DNA of 63,375 nt, the filler included, from Choristocarpus tenellus KU-1152 (taxonomy: Eukaryota; Protista; Phaeophyceae): the NCBI GenBank assembly GCA_964200185.2. It is 11 parts of 11 records of this genome, joined end to end, with 100 filler letters (N's around TTAATTAATTAA, not from the genome) between each part and the next. Parts side by side here need not be neighbours in the genome. Positions count along the whole stretch, not along the records: positions 47,942 to 57,350 come from CAXNAD020003699.1; positions 57,451 to 60,769 come from CAXNAD020020835.1; 9 more parts are not named here. The stretch is one strand, 5' to 3'. The translations under genes and the position numbers were made by a program. Every line of letters starts with the position of its first letter. Position 1 is the stretch's first letter. Shown piece after piece: positions 47,942 to 60,269 of this stretch. The notes under the pieces are model-generated. The model was given only the letters and a program-made list of their open reading frames with translations. It was not told where the DNA came from and ran no database searches.

Positions 47942-50900
47942 GTTAGGGTTAGGGTGATACAGTACCCATCCCCCTAACCCTAACCCTAACCCTAACCGTA
48001 AGGAAATATACGGTGTCTACTACTTGAAAAAATACTGCTCAAACAAAGCCCTAACCCTATTATTTGAGCATTCTTCGATTCAAACTGAGCAGGAAGTTCT
48101 TGTTGGGTTAGGGATAAAAGAGGTTGGTTGCTGTGGTGCACGTGAGGAGATGGGTTGGTTCCGTGTTTTATTGGCACCGTAACATAACATAACATAACAT
48201 AACACAATTCACACCATTTTGTCAGTGTGTGTTTGTTATCCAGTAGGGTTAGGGTCTCAAATACATTTAGTGCAATAAATGCAATCCAGTGTTTTGTGAG
48301 TGAGACTGGTGATATGGTTAGGGATAGGGATAGGGATAGGGTGTGCAGATCCACCTAGAACAACATTTTAAGATGTGCTCTCCTGTCAAAGCTAAGATAT
48401 ATTGTGGTTGTATTTTTTGTTTTTATGGTGTTTTGTGGGTGCTACGACTATGTCTTTTTTCATGTTCTGCTGTCAATTAATTTCTCTTAGTCATAACTTA
48501 TTCTGTGGCCCTATCCCTAACCCTAACCTTTGGCGTGTAATGAAAAGAATGAAGTAAAAGCAACACCATTTCACATTCATTATGACATCAATACAGAAAT
48601 ATCTAGTAGTATAGGGTTAGGGTGACCGCTAAAGTGGGTGTTGATGGTTGCAAATTAAATCCATGTTTTCAGGTTTACAAAAAAAAATGTTTCGAAGCAC
48701 AGAAGAAAAAAAAAGAGTGAGCCAGTTGACACAAATCTTTACATTGGGTTGTTTTTTTGTCATGTTGGGTATTTTTAGTGTTTTGTGGGAGAGCTCCAAA
48801 CTCCTGCAGTTTCGGCACATGGTACAGTAGTTAACGCCTCCCTCAATATTGGCACTCCTTTCCTTTTCTTCTTGATCTATTGATGCAGAATGCACCCCCT
48901 AAGTCATCAATGGAAAAGGTATGGGATGATGCTGTGGAGGGAGTCAGTGCAGCAATTCAGAGGGGAGTCATCACGGCTTCCTTTTACTACACTAAACAGC
49001 CTCTACGAATAAAGCAGGTGCTTCATAAAAACAGGCACTCTTTTCCAGGAGTGCTGACTATTTATCTTCTTGTTAATTGATGAATTAAGAACCCTCACAG
49101 AATGAGATTTTGTAACACATGCCCACCTCTCCCATCTGGCCTCATCCGGGCTTGGAAGCACGAGTTTATTATTTTTGCTGCAGAGTGCTCTGTAGTGCCA
49201 CAAGATTACAATGCGGTGCCACAGAGCATCAAAACCTCATGTAGAGTGTTTAAGACAAGTATCCTTCCTCCTGCATCCCCATCCAGTCTCAATAAGTTTG
49301 GGTTGAGTTTTCCTTTTTTGGTTGCAGAGCACTCTGTGGTGCTACGAAACCCAACACAACATTGCTACAGAGTTGCCAATGCTTTCCTTGGAGTGATGAA
49401 ATGAAATGAGGCAATCATCTCATCTCCACGTGCAAGCCTCCGTAGGATAGTCCAATGTGCCTAATGAATTAAGTAGTCACGCAGCTAAATACCAACGCTA
49501 ACCCTAACCCTAACATTTCCATACTTCACCCAGACACACAGAATACCAGAGAGCGTGTGTATGCCCAGGGCATTTGTTCAATGCTTCTGGTTCTACGGGG
49601 TTTTTTTGTAGTTCCTAACTCTAACCCTAACCCTAGATTGAATCAATCTGCTTAGGGTTAGGGTTAGGATTGTAGCCCACCTTGAGTGTCAGATGTGTTG
49701 TGTTGTATGTAATCACGATCAAGAACACACACACTACACCTTCTGATTGAACCTGTGCAGCATGTAACAATCAGCTGGTGATTTTTGTATGCACAGTCAG
49801 AACGGAGGGTTGGTGTTGGGGTTAGGGTTAAGCTCGTTACTCCCTGATACCGCTAAGCACTCCAGAGGATATTGTAGTGTTGAAGGGCAGGATTTTGCTT
49901 TCACAGTAGTGCCTATTCTCTCCAGTGTTGATACTGCTTCAAGTGGCAGCATGCCCAACATGTACCATCACTATAGTGGTATTATATTTGACTATTAATA
50001 GCTACAGGGGGTGTACCCCCCTCCCCCCCCCCTACCTATATACATATATTGTATTTATAGCACCAGTTTCTTTCACATAACATGAAAATAGGAAAAGAAA
50101 ATGAATGGGCCTTGCTGAGAAGGAGAGGAGAGATGCAATAGAAAGCACATTTTGAAGAAAGGAAGATATGTGAGACTGCTACAGTAGTATAGGCACAAGC
50201 AACCATAAGTCGGGTCCCCTTTTTTTGGAGGTCGGCCTAATTTCATGGGGGTACTGTAGTTGTTGTCCTGTGAAAAACTTTGTGGCATTCATTTCACTGC
50301 ATGTGGTCGACCATCTTGTGCCTAACCCTAGCCCTAAACCTAAAAACTATCTGTTTTTCAAGACAGGTGCTGAACCAAGTGTACATCAATCCTGCCAATG
50401 TTGATGAGGAGCTAGTGGACAGTATTAGATATCCAGCCCTTGATCCCAATGCCCCGGAGGTAAGGACACACAAGTGGACAAGGAGTTTCTTTTTTATGGC
50501 ACGTTTTATAGAGTGGAGTATTGAGTACAACCTGTTCGGCTTCAGGAAGTCAAGTCTGTCCCACTCTGCAACCTCGATGCAAGAATGAAGTTCAAGTTTA
50601 AGTTTAGTTTTGTGGCGACTGATATTTCGTTCTATTTTCTCCTTTGGTGCCATCCCTGTAGTTTGGCCTCTTCAATATCACTGACACTTTGACATGTAGC
50701 CTAACATTGGCACAGGTAGTTGCAGCTATTCTGGTAGCAAGGCTATTTATAATTAGTCATAGCTGTGTAATAACAACCCTAACCCTAACATGACAACTGT
50801 ACTAAGCTTGTTAGTATTTTTTGGGCGCTTGTGCGCCTTGCATAACATAATAATAACATAAATTATTATACCATGAGAACAGATAACTGTTATCTGTTCT

Positions 50901-52107
50901 GGATTTCTTTAAGGCCTCTTTTTGATCTTAATTGAGTGTTCATTGAATTTATTGAGTTTCTTAGATTGCGTAGCCCACTGTCGTGTGATAGGAATCACAA
51001 AAAGATAGTTCCTTATCACTCCTTGGACAGAATAGGGGGGGGGTGCAGTGCACTAGGTGCTGTATTCTGTCTAGAAGGCATTCCCAAGAGACGTTAACTG
51101 TTCTCTGGTTCACTCTGCTGCCCTATTAACTCCGGCCTCCATCAATTCTACCAATTTTACACAGTTGCTTCATTTTGCTCTTAGTCAAGTTGGTGAAAGC
51201 CTGTTCCCAATGAAGCAAAGGAAAAGGTGTATAGGGTTGGTAGCAAAGCAAGACATCACGTCCTATTGCTCAATGAGAAATGTATGTCTGCAGTAGGTGG
51301 AACTCAGATGCTGTAAGCACCACCGGTGGTGACATTGAGAAAAAGATAAAACTAATAATAGTGGTAGTAATGACTGTTGACAGGGATGGTTAATCTGGTG
51401 ACTTGAATTGAATCCACCCTCTCTTGGTTGTGCTGTTGGATGGTGTTGTAACCGTTGTAACTGTTGTAACTGTTGTAATTGTATGGCGACTTCGATAGAA
51501 CAAAGAATGAGCGATGCCATCTAAGAGGGGGAGGAGGGAGGATTTTGTTGGGTTTTTAAGTCTGCTATGATGCTTATGAGGCATTCATATGTTCCTTGAC
51601 CAATGTGGAGGAGCATTTGGCTATCAATGTGTTACGTATCATTCCTAATCTTTTTTGTACTGGCACCCCTTACAAGGGTTAGGGTTGAGGTTAGGCATGG
51701 TCTGTATTTCACAACTTTGAAAAAGGTCTTGAAACTCAAAACACCTATAATTGACCCCTTTCTTGGATAGTTCCATTCAATCACGATTTTGATTACAAGG
51801 GTGTATACAATCTAAAGTGCATGATCAGCGTGCATACAACTGTTGCAACAACTACCTACTTGATGAAATTTTCTATCTGTATCAATAAATTTGGACATTC
51901 TATCATTAACAGATAGCACAATTGTTCAATGCTGAGTCAACCTGAGAGCTCTGTTCCGTGAACTGTGGAGTAGAGCTCTATATATTGTGCACTCTAAAAT
52001 ATACACTACTCTCTGGTTGGATGTAAACTAGTTTATGCAGGGGCCTTTTGGGGGGTAGTCCGTCGGTCAATCTGGTGAAGGTTGCGGTTCTAACCCTAAC
52101 CCTAAGT
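47942..52107. repeat. Cluster of short interstitial telomere-type (TTAGGG/CCCTAA)2-5 arrays
   Basis: Examples at 47942, 47972, 48244, 48318, 48508, 48612, 49497, 49615, 49652, 50321, 50777, 51675 and 52090. Confidence 0.85.
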
Positions 52108-54181
52108 TTACCGATTTTCGCGGTCTATGAGAATTGTAGACCAGCAAAGCAGTGTAACATTATAATTTTTCCTCCCAGTGGTATAATATCTTTTTTTTTA
52201 TCTCCTGAGCGGGCCCAAAAGGTATGGGCCTGCTATTGTTGTCGAAGCAGAATTATTGTCAACCAATAAGAGACCTCATTTCCACTCCTGCAATCTGATT
52301 TCTATGCACACTCTAGATTATGCAATATTTGCTAGAATATAGAATGGACAAACAATAACACAACAATTCTTATTGGAAAAACAAAAAACATGCTTTGAAT
52401 TTTTTGTCAACCAGTGAGGTGAGAGAAATGCTTTAAGAAAAACAACTAATATGATCTATTGCTATAAAAATTATTCAACCTCAGTGGATTTCTGTAGATA
52501 TAATATTATTCCAGACTGGTGATGTTGAAAATCAACGGGTTACTGATTCAACTCAGTTGATTGAATGCTCACTCAGCCCTGGGCTTTTTACGCACCTCTT
52601 TGGCCTGACCTGACCTGACCTGAGTGTAGGCTCCTCTTATTTCATTTGATCTCGTTGATTTAGAAGAAAAAACTGATTTCATCCATACTTACCGAAATCT
52701 TCGGGTTGTCAGCACTCACAAAATGACATAAAGTGAAGATTTTACTGATGATTTTCAAACCAAGACACCACCAAAAAGTAGATGTTCTTCCTTGCCATCA
52801 CGTTGCTCTGAAAGGTGTTTTATAGGGTCATTGCTAAGAATGGGAGGGGGCCCCCTACAACTGTTGATGACCTACTAAATAACTTCAAGTCACCTTTGCT
52901 CCTTCTATGGGGAGAGCAAGACCCATGGATTCGCCCTGCTGCTGCTGACAGAATTCAGGTGTGAAGTTCAACATCACACCGGCTGAACCCTTACCCTAAC
53001 CCTATTTCTAATTTGAGGCAGGCTCACAAGTGTACTGTGAGCGGTTTCTTGTGCAATCTTTCTGAGTGATGGAATACGCTGCAACCCTACTTATTCAACC
53101 ACCGACACTTACCCTCAACGATGACATGAGGCAGACATAAAGCCGTTGTTCAATTATTTTTTTATCAGCTCTTCATCCCACAATACCAGCACACGTGCTG
53201 AGTGGAGCGAGAGCACAGAGAGCTATGCAAGCAAAAAAGGCAATCAGTGCTCCGCTCTGCTGAAAAATTGTTTTGCACACTGTTGAGAGGGAATGATCTT
53301 TTCTTTCCAAGCAATGCTTTTCTTCTCGATATCTACTATTGATTGGATGTAACTCCTATGTTATCCAGGGTGAATACATTCATTACATTGGCCATTAATA
53401 TGTATGTATACATAACTTTGAATCTTATGTTTTTCGTAATTTTGCACTCCATGGTTATTTGCATATGAGCCTTCGTCGTTTGACATTCCAGTCTCTGGAA
53501 AATCCAAAATATGTGTATGGTTCATTGATTTCCCTGTCTTTTTTATTCTTCTTGGATCGTTTTTTTCAGGCATTGTACCCTCCTGCGACAAGGGTTAGCA
53601 TCCAAGCTGGACACTGGTGAGTTTACAACCAATAGACTTCAACAACTGTGTAGGACTCCCAACAATATCAGGTTATCAGAGAAAGTGACTTGGCTGCAAG
53701 ACTTTAAGAATTTACCACTCCTCGCAAAGAAGAGGTGCTCTATATTGTATATTGTTGTCTTCTGGAAGAGTCCTCACAGGTGATTCGCATTGTGACCATC
53801 TCTAGGATTGACTCAATATGACACAAAGATAAAATCTCTCTACACTATCCTCTTGGTGTACGATTTTTTATATGTGGCATCTCACCCGTCCTGTCTTCTT
53901 TTGTACTTCTTAATTGTGCTTTTTTTTTGTAAAGCTATAGAATTATTCCAAGTTATTTCATGGCACAGTAGTTTATGTTCATTTTCCACCACCAACTCCT
54001 CTCTCACGCTTGCTACAGTAGTAGGCTTGTTTCATTGCTATCAAGTACTCAATATTAATATCTTATCCCAACCAATACATTTGCCCTTTCCTCTGTTGCT
54101 TTTCCTCACAGCCCTCACGATGAGGCTCCAGAGGAAGTCAATCGTTCAATGCTTACCTGGCTACAGTCCATTGGATACTGA
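48889..54181 (+). CDS. Alpha/beta-fold hydrolase (pheophytinase-like family), last five exons
   Basis: Exons 48889-49017, 50367-50459, 52815-52958, 53570-53616 and 54112-54181 splice in phase: ...YYTKQPLRIKQ|VLNQVY..VDEELVDSIRYPALDPNAPE|VFYRVI...PLLLLWGEQDPWI...|ALYP...AGHC|PHDEAPEEVN...GY*. The catalytic Asp (WGEQDPW) and His (AGHCPHDE) are present. Confidence 0.9.
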
Positions 54182-55802
54182 GCAAGAGTAGTTTGTGACT
54201 CAACTATTGTGAAGGAGGGTGTCGATTGAAGTATCTTTCTTTGTGGTACTTCCAGTTTTGATGAGTGCAGAAATGTTTTTTGTTTTCTTGCCCTGAAATG
54301 AATTGCGGTAGTTGTTTTGTTTCCTGTTTAGTTCAGCAGTATTTTTTTCCTCTTTATTTTTCGACTTACAAGAGACCAGCATCCACCGTACAGAGTGATG
54401 ATGGTCCAGAATCTGATTTGGGTGTTGCAGTGAGGTAAAACCCCCAAAATGTGGTTATCTTCCTCTCTGTGTTGGTTTGATTTGATATGTGTGTGTACAA
54501 CTGATCGCTCTGGTATGCTGTTGGTCTGTCGGTTGAAGGTAATTTTGGACGTAGAAGAATGAATAATAGAGGTTATGGAAGCAATAGTGTCCAATCCAAT
54601 CAGACAATTGGGAGTGAAATTGAGCAGTTTGCGTGTGATAACATTTGTACATCATCACCAACTCAGTGATAGGTGCATGCAACTTTGGCGTAAGTCAAAT
54701 CTTGCATTCTTGGTAGAGACATGACTGTTGTAAAGGGAACGTGCGAGGTTGTCAGTATGTGAATGGAGATCGCTGGTGGAGCACTCTTTGGGTGGTGTGC
54801 TTGTACATACATACAGACCTGTGTCTGGTAGTCTTTCTGATTTGTCTCTATAGTGAATTGTTGACGTCGAGGACATTGCTATATGGAGAAATATGTGTTT
54901 TAACCCTTGTTTGCCTTTTCTTTTCTCGCTAGAGCCATGCATACCATTTGTCGTGTCAAACAATCGAAGAAGCAGTGCAAGAAATGCGTGCACCTCGCTT
55001 GATAATCTCTTTATGTAGTCAGTGGTAGTCTACTCTAAAATTGTGTTTTCGGGAGAAAAAAATAATGTTCACCATGTCATGTATCACGGCAATAATTTGG
55101 GTCTATTTTCAACACACTGGTGAAAAAAGGAAGACCTGCAGCACGCCACATAATTACCATGTAAAATTGTCCTATATGTTAACAATGTACCGTGCAGAAC
55201 ACACACCCTCCTCCCAGCCACTCTCCAAGATCTCCTCAACTACGGTATGTCAATGAGTTGATACTTACATATCTTGATTTTTAGTTGATAGCATGGTATG
55301 AATGTGCAACGCGTCTTTCACGGCAATCTACTCGATTAGGGGTTACCTTTGTAGCCAGGAGACACTATCCAGGGGGGAAGGGATGGCCCGTTCCTATATT
55401 CATTTTTCCGTCTTGCTACACCCTACCCAGAAAAAACAGTTTAAATTCCTTCTCGTCGCTGGAGTGACGACCTGCATTATTTTGCGGTTTCGAGTCCCTT
55501 GATCACCAGACTTGTTTTCACAGAAATCTGGTTTCAAAGATGCTATTCCACACAGCAAAATAAAAGGATGTGCACTTGTATTTTTTTGATAAAATAAACT
55601 ATCCTGTCTGTGGTATAGAAAAAAACGCTCGAGCTAGAAACTTCGGGCGGGTCCAGGAGAAGATTCGCTGGAGGAGATGGACCGATAAGAGGGAGTGTTG
55701 AACCCAACGTGCGAAAAGCAAGGCAAGAACGGAGACAGTACATCAATTTGTCGTAGCGCAATAGCTAGTCAGTAGATAGAATGAGAAGTAGTGCAGTGTG
55801 TA

Positions 55803-57350
55803 TTGCCTCTGATCACAGGTTGGGATCATTTATTACTAATAAAGGGAAAAAATATATTTTTCTCAAGTTAGGTACTAAATGTCACATAACTTTTGCAAGA
55901 GCTGTTATCGCCCAGGAATGATCTACTTGATAAACCCTTTAGATAAGGCCTAGTTCTCATAGAGATTGGGAGGTGTACAATGTTTGAGATGATGGGCTGT
56001 CATGACTGTGGAGGATCACCAGTGCAGAGTCAACCAAGTCGTATTTGACGGGGTTCAATAACCTCGTGAAACTATCAAAGCGGACGTTTATTAGGATGCC
56101 TAGGATAAAGGCCCCCCGTCATTCGAGCGTCTCGTTCGTCCCATTGTTGCCCGTTGGTCCCAATTATTCGACCCAGAAGTCTGTCCGGGGTCCAGACTCA
56201 AACTCCCCAACGAAGAACAGCGTGATGGTGCAGTACCTGGAGGCGAGAGTGCACGAAACTCAGGACTTTGGGGGATGGCAGCGGCCATTACGGAGGACTT
56301 TGGGATTTCCCAAAACACTGTGTTCCGTCATCTGAAGGAGTATGCCAGCCAGATCGCGAGGGATGAATGCATGGACCTTGTACCATGTTACAGGGGGCAA
56401 TGTGGCCGCAGTGCAAGTATCCATGCTGTTTGGGATGTCCCAGCGATGTACACCACATATCCTTCTGCAAACGGACAGTCAAAGGTGGGGTTTCTTTTGC
56501 CTTGTTGTGGGACTGTGCAACCGCAAGAAGGTGAAGAAGGTCAAGTGATGGATTAAGACAGTCCTCTCAGATCAGCAGAAAGTCAATAGGGTAGGTTTCT
56601 TCACCAACCACACCAAAAGGAGGGGGGGAAGTGGGCTACTACTGGACGATCTACGTTAGTGGGTGCATGTGGACGAGAAGTGGTTTTACATCCTCAAAGA
56701 AGGGGAATGAGTGTACCCCACTGAGGACTCCCCCAACCACGGGCACAGAATGAGCGTTACACTATGAAGGTGATTTTCCTTGCAGTTGTGGTTCACCCTA
56801 CGAAGTTCTCCAACTGTGTGTGGTTTGATGGGAAAATCGGGATTTGGTCAATTGTGGACACTATAGTTGCTCAGCGCTCCAGAGTGAAAGTATCTTAGAG
56901 GGTACGAGTTTTGCCCTGTTTGTCCGTTTGGGGTTTGGCTACCCGTAATTTTTTTTTAACACTTTCCCACTCCAAATTTTTTCGGAGTAGGTAAAAATAT
57001 ATGCGTTACGAAAAGGTGTGACTGGAACAAGGATATTAACACTTCCTAACAAATACGATGGCCAAATTTACACAAAATCGCAACATTGAATTTTGGCTCT
57101 CAAATGGACGCGGCTCTACCCTCTAAGATACTTTGGCTCTCCAGCAAACACCGCGCAACGGGCACCAATGTGCTTGCGCCATCTGCATTGGACGGGAAGG
57201 GGTATAAGAAGCTCATGAACGAGGATGTCATCTCAGCAATCAAGATCAGCATGCCCAGGTCGGAAGGACACATTATTGTCGTGCAGCAGGACATGGCAAT
57301 GCCACATGTCAAGGAGGGGGTCATGAAGGCAATCGGGGAGGTGGTGGGGG
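55803..57350 (+). mobile_element. DD39D-type mariner transposase pseudogene, 5' two-thirds
   Basis: HTH-like AAITEDFGISQNTVFRHLK; VHVDEKWFY; MKVIFLAVV; WFDGKIGIW; AQRS|SKHR; IVVQQDMAMPH. It has stops and frameshifts and is interrupted by MITE B. The left boundary is tentative. Confidence 0.88.
56882..57139 (-). mobile_element. MITE family B, full copy inserted in mariner transposase
   Basis: GAGTGAAAGTATCTTAGAGGGT...ACCCTCTAAGATACTTTGGCTC with a TCCA duplication. Removing the element and one TSD copy restores the QRSSKHR reading. Confidence 0.9.
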
Positions 57351-57450
57351 NNNNNNNNNNNNNNNNNNNNNNNNNNNNNNNNNNNNNNNNNNNNTTAATT
57401 AATTAANNNNNNNNNNNNNNNNNNNNNNNNNNNNNNNNNNNNNNNNNNNN
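57351..57450. other. Artificial contig linker
   Basis: 44N-TTAATTAATTAA-44N. Confidence 0.98.
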
Positions 57451-60269
57451 GGTGTGCAACAACCACCACACCCAGGCTGCGTGACTCGACCAATCAGCCG
57501 TCCCTGTTCCTTGGGACCATGATACACCGACACATCTTCAAGACAGCACGAAGACCAAGCACAAGGGCACCACCTGAACTTGCGTTGCATAGCTAGTACC
57601 TGAGATCATGGAGGGTTCAAATGAAACAATAAGCAAACAGCAAACGAAGTCAGTTGATGAGGCACAAGCAGGTTGGAGGGTATCCCTCGATACAACGACC
57701 ACTCACTAATCACAGATCAAAGGGTGTCATCAAACACAAGTCAGAGTGTGGAAAACAGGTCACAGAGATGTGCTTGCTATCCTTCACTGTTGGGATCACG
57801 AGCACCAACACAGAAGAAATAAGTGAGTACACGGCGTGATCTAAGGTCTCCAAAATCGCAACATTTTGGTGGGGTCCACAAGGCACATGGATCCTGTGAC
57901 CACTTTCACAGCGTTTTGAGCTGCATTGGCTAAATCAATTGCCACACTCAAGCTGCACACAGTCACACATGGTAGCTGCATCAAGAAGCGCATGTACTGC
58001 ATTGGACACCTTGAGAATTGCTTAGAATTGAAAATCATGAAAGACATTTTGCTGGAATAATTTGAGTTACTATTCATTAAGACAAAGGGATTTGTATTTT
58101 CCATGCCTCATGCCCTGTAGCATCGAACATCCTGATGTGGGCTGGGCGCAAGGCCCCACAGCAACAGCGCCAACAGAATCCGGTTTGCTCTACTGCCTGA
58201 AACATCTGGACACCCACACGGTTGCTGATGTTGTATCTGTGCGGGTCAACATTGTAGCAGAGAGGAAATAAATTAGAAAGGTAAGGACATGACATCAATC
58301 AATGGCAAAAATATACCAGGTTATGACATCAATCAATGGCAAAAGTATACCAGGTTATGACATCAATCAATGGCAGAAGTATACCACGTTATGACATCAA
58401 TCAATGGCAAAAGTATACCAAAAGTGTACCAGGTTTGTTTGAAGTTCGGTGCCTTCACTCACACAAGAGTCTCTCGACACAACAAAAACGTCTCAATGTT
58501 GCAGAAGCATCTCTCAAATCCATATGCTTGCAATGGTTCTCAATAGTTGTAATCTTGCCTGCTCATTCTGCTTTTGTTCTTGTGGAGGCGAAACTGCCAG
58601 AGCAACCTTTCAAGAAGTACTAGCGGTAAAGTGGAATTTCACTTGTTGCCCAACTCATCTCAGTATTACGCTCAATATGTTTCTGATTAAAATACCAAAC
58701 AATACTGAAATAAACAAGAACTCACAGCTACCAAAAAGTATCGTACCTTCTTGGACTCAAACAAAAAATTGCAATGCAAATGATACGTGAAGTGGCCAGA
58801 GGTAATATGATTGAGAGGCCCATGAAGATTGATATTGTACAAGAAATACAAAATTATCAAGTTCAAACATTAGATATAATTTTAGTAGGACATAGTAGAG
58901 CTTCGAATGCTTGTACACAAAACGCCCTTGTCGAGAGAATAACTCGAAAGAAATTTGATCAAAGGGTATAGTCAAAACGAAACAGTGATCATAGAAACTG
59001 CTGTGAAAAGTCACTTTTCATGTGTCAAGGTAGAACTTCCGGAATGCATGGTGAATGTAATCTGATCTGTAGGGAAGCACATACCTAAGTTCTGCAATCG
59101 TAATACACAAAACACGTTTCCTAGAGAACAAGGAATAAATACTGAATCTGCACCAAATAAACTGGATATGAACATTCTCTTTTATGGTTAGAGTTTATCA
59201 CGAAGTAGGTAACCTGTAGAAGAAAAGTACTTTACTCGAGTCTCGATTTTCGAGCACAAGCATCACACGATCATTATAAGATCGATAATCTGTAGCTTCT
59301 ATTTGTGGGCACAACTTAAGATTCAATAAAAGCACATTAATAAAAGCACAGTCAAGGTCGCCAAAAAAAGCCAAGAGCGGAAATAGCACCCTCAGCTCAT
59401 CAGGAAATCATGTGATCATCAATTCATGCGCTAAAGTGACTTCCAAGGACTGAGGATAAGCTTTGACAAGAACAGGTGGAAACTGGGCTGTTCTGCGCTG
59501 CTGGATGAGAGGAAAACGCAATTACCAGAAAGTCCCCGATCAACCCAACATCCATCGATCTTTACGTCTTGCAAATAATCCTACATAGGGATGGATCACC
59601 CACTTGTTGTTGCCCTCAAAGCCGATTCCAATGGCTTGAGCGATCGCCTCTAACTTCTCGACCTGCTGGTGTATCATTAGTCCATCCACCATAGCAAGAA
59701 CTTCAAGGCCTGAGGGAACACCTGGTACCATAGGAACACCCTGGGCATTTATCCAATTACCGCCAAAGACTTGCCCTGGTATTTTTGGTGGTGGTTGCAT
59801 TCCAGGGTTGTAAGGAACCTGCCCCTGTTGGTAAGCCATCGGATGACTCGCAGGTGGGACCTGAGCCTGACCTGGAGGTGGGACTAGAGGCTGACCCAAG
59901 TATCCACCAGCGCCAGGGTACCCCCCCCCCTGCTGCGATGGATATCCCTACATTTGAATATGGTGGGGAAAGCGTTTTTAGGAGTGAAATTATGGAGGTA
60001 CGGCGAAGATGGAGACCAAAAATGAACCGGAGGTTCATCAAGAACCAATTAATTCCCAATCAAGCATATGGTCCCAACTCCTAACTCCAATAGGAGTAGG
60101 TTTTTGTCGTAGCGCACACTCCACGTTCTGGATTTCGATAGCTATCCGCACATATCATGTGAGCAACTTGGAAAAAACAAATAGGCGGATTGGTAGAAAC
60201 CAACCAATGTGAAACAATTGGTTAAGAACATGCACCACAAGCCCCACAATTGCAATTTCTTACCTTCAT
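57451..60269 (-). CDS. Phospholipid scramblase (PLSCR family), 5' part
   Basis: Exons 60264-60269 (MK, tentative), 59604-59947 (Pro/Gln/Gly-rich N-terminus, PSGLEVLAMVDGLMIHQQVEKLEA...FEGNNK), 58107-58236 (YNISNRVGVQMFQAVEQTGFCWRCCCGALRP...DATGHE) and 57451-57599 (VLAMQRKFRWCPCAWSSCCLEDVSV...IGRVTQP). These are typical PLSCR motifs with Cys-rich palmitoylation segments. Confidence 0.9.
58289..58420. repeat. 34-bp tandem repeat x~4 (ATGACATCAATCAATGGCAAAAGTATACCAGGTT), intronic
   Basis: Units start at 58289, 58323, 58357 and 58391. Confidence 0.93.

Noticed and set aside
47942-48000. True chromosome telomere at contig start
   Set aside because: Only 2-4 units in mixed orientation, inside a gene whose upstream exons must lie further 5'.
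58289-58420. CRISPR-like array (34-bp and 30-bp repeats, also 8913-9012)
   Set aside because: Units are directly adjacent with no unique spacers, there are no cas genes, and the context is eukaryotic.
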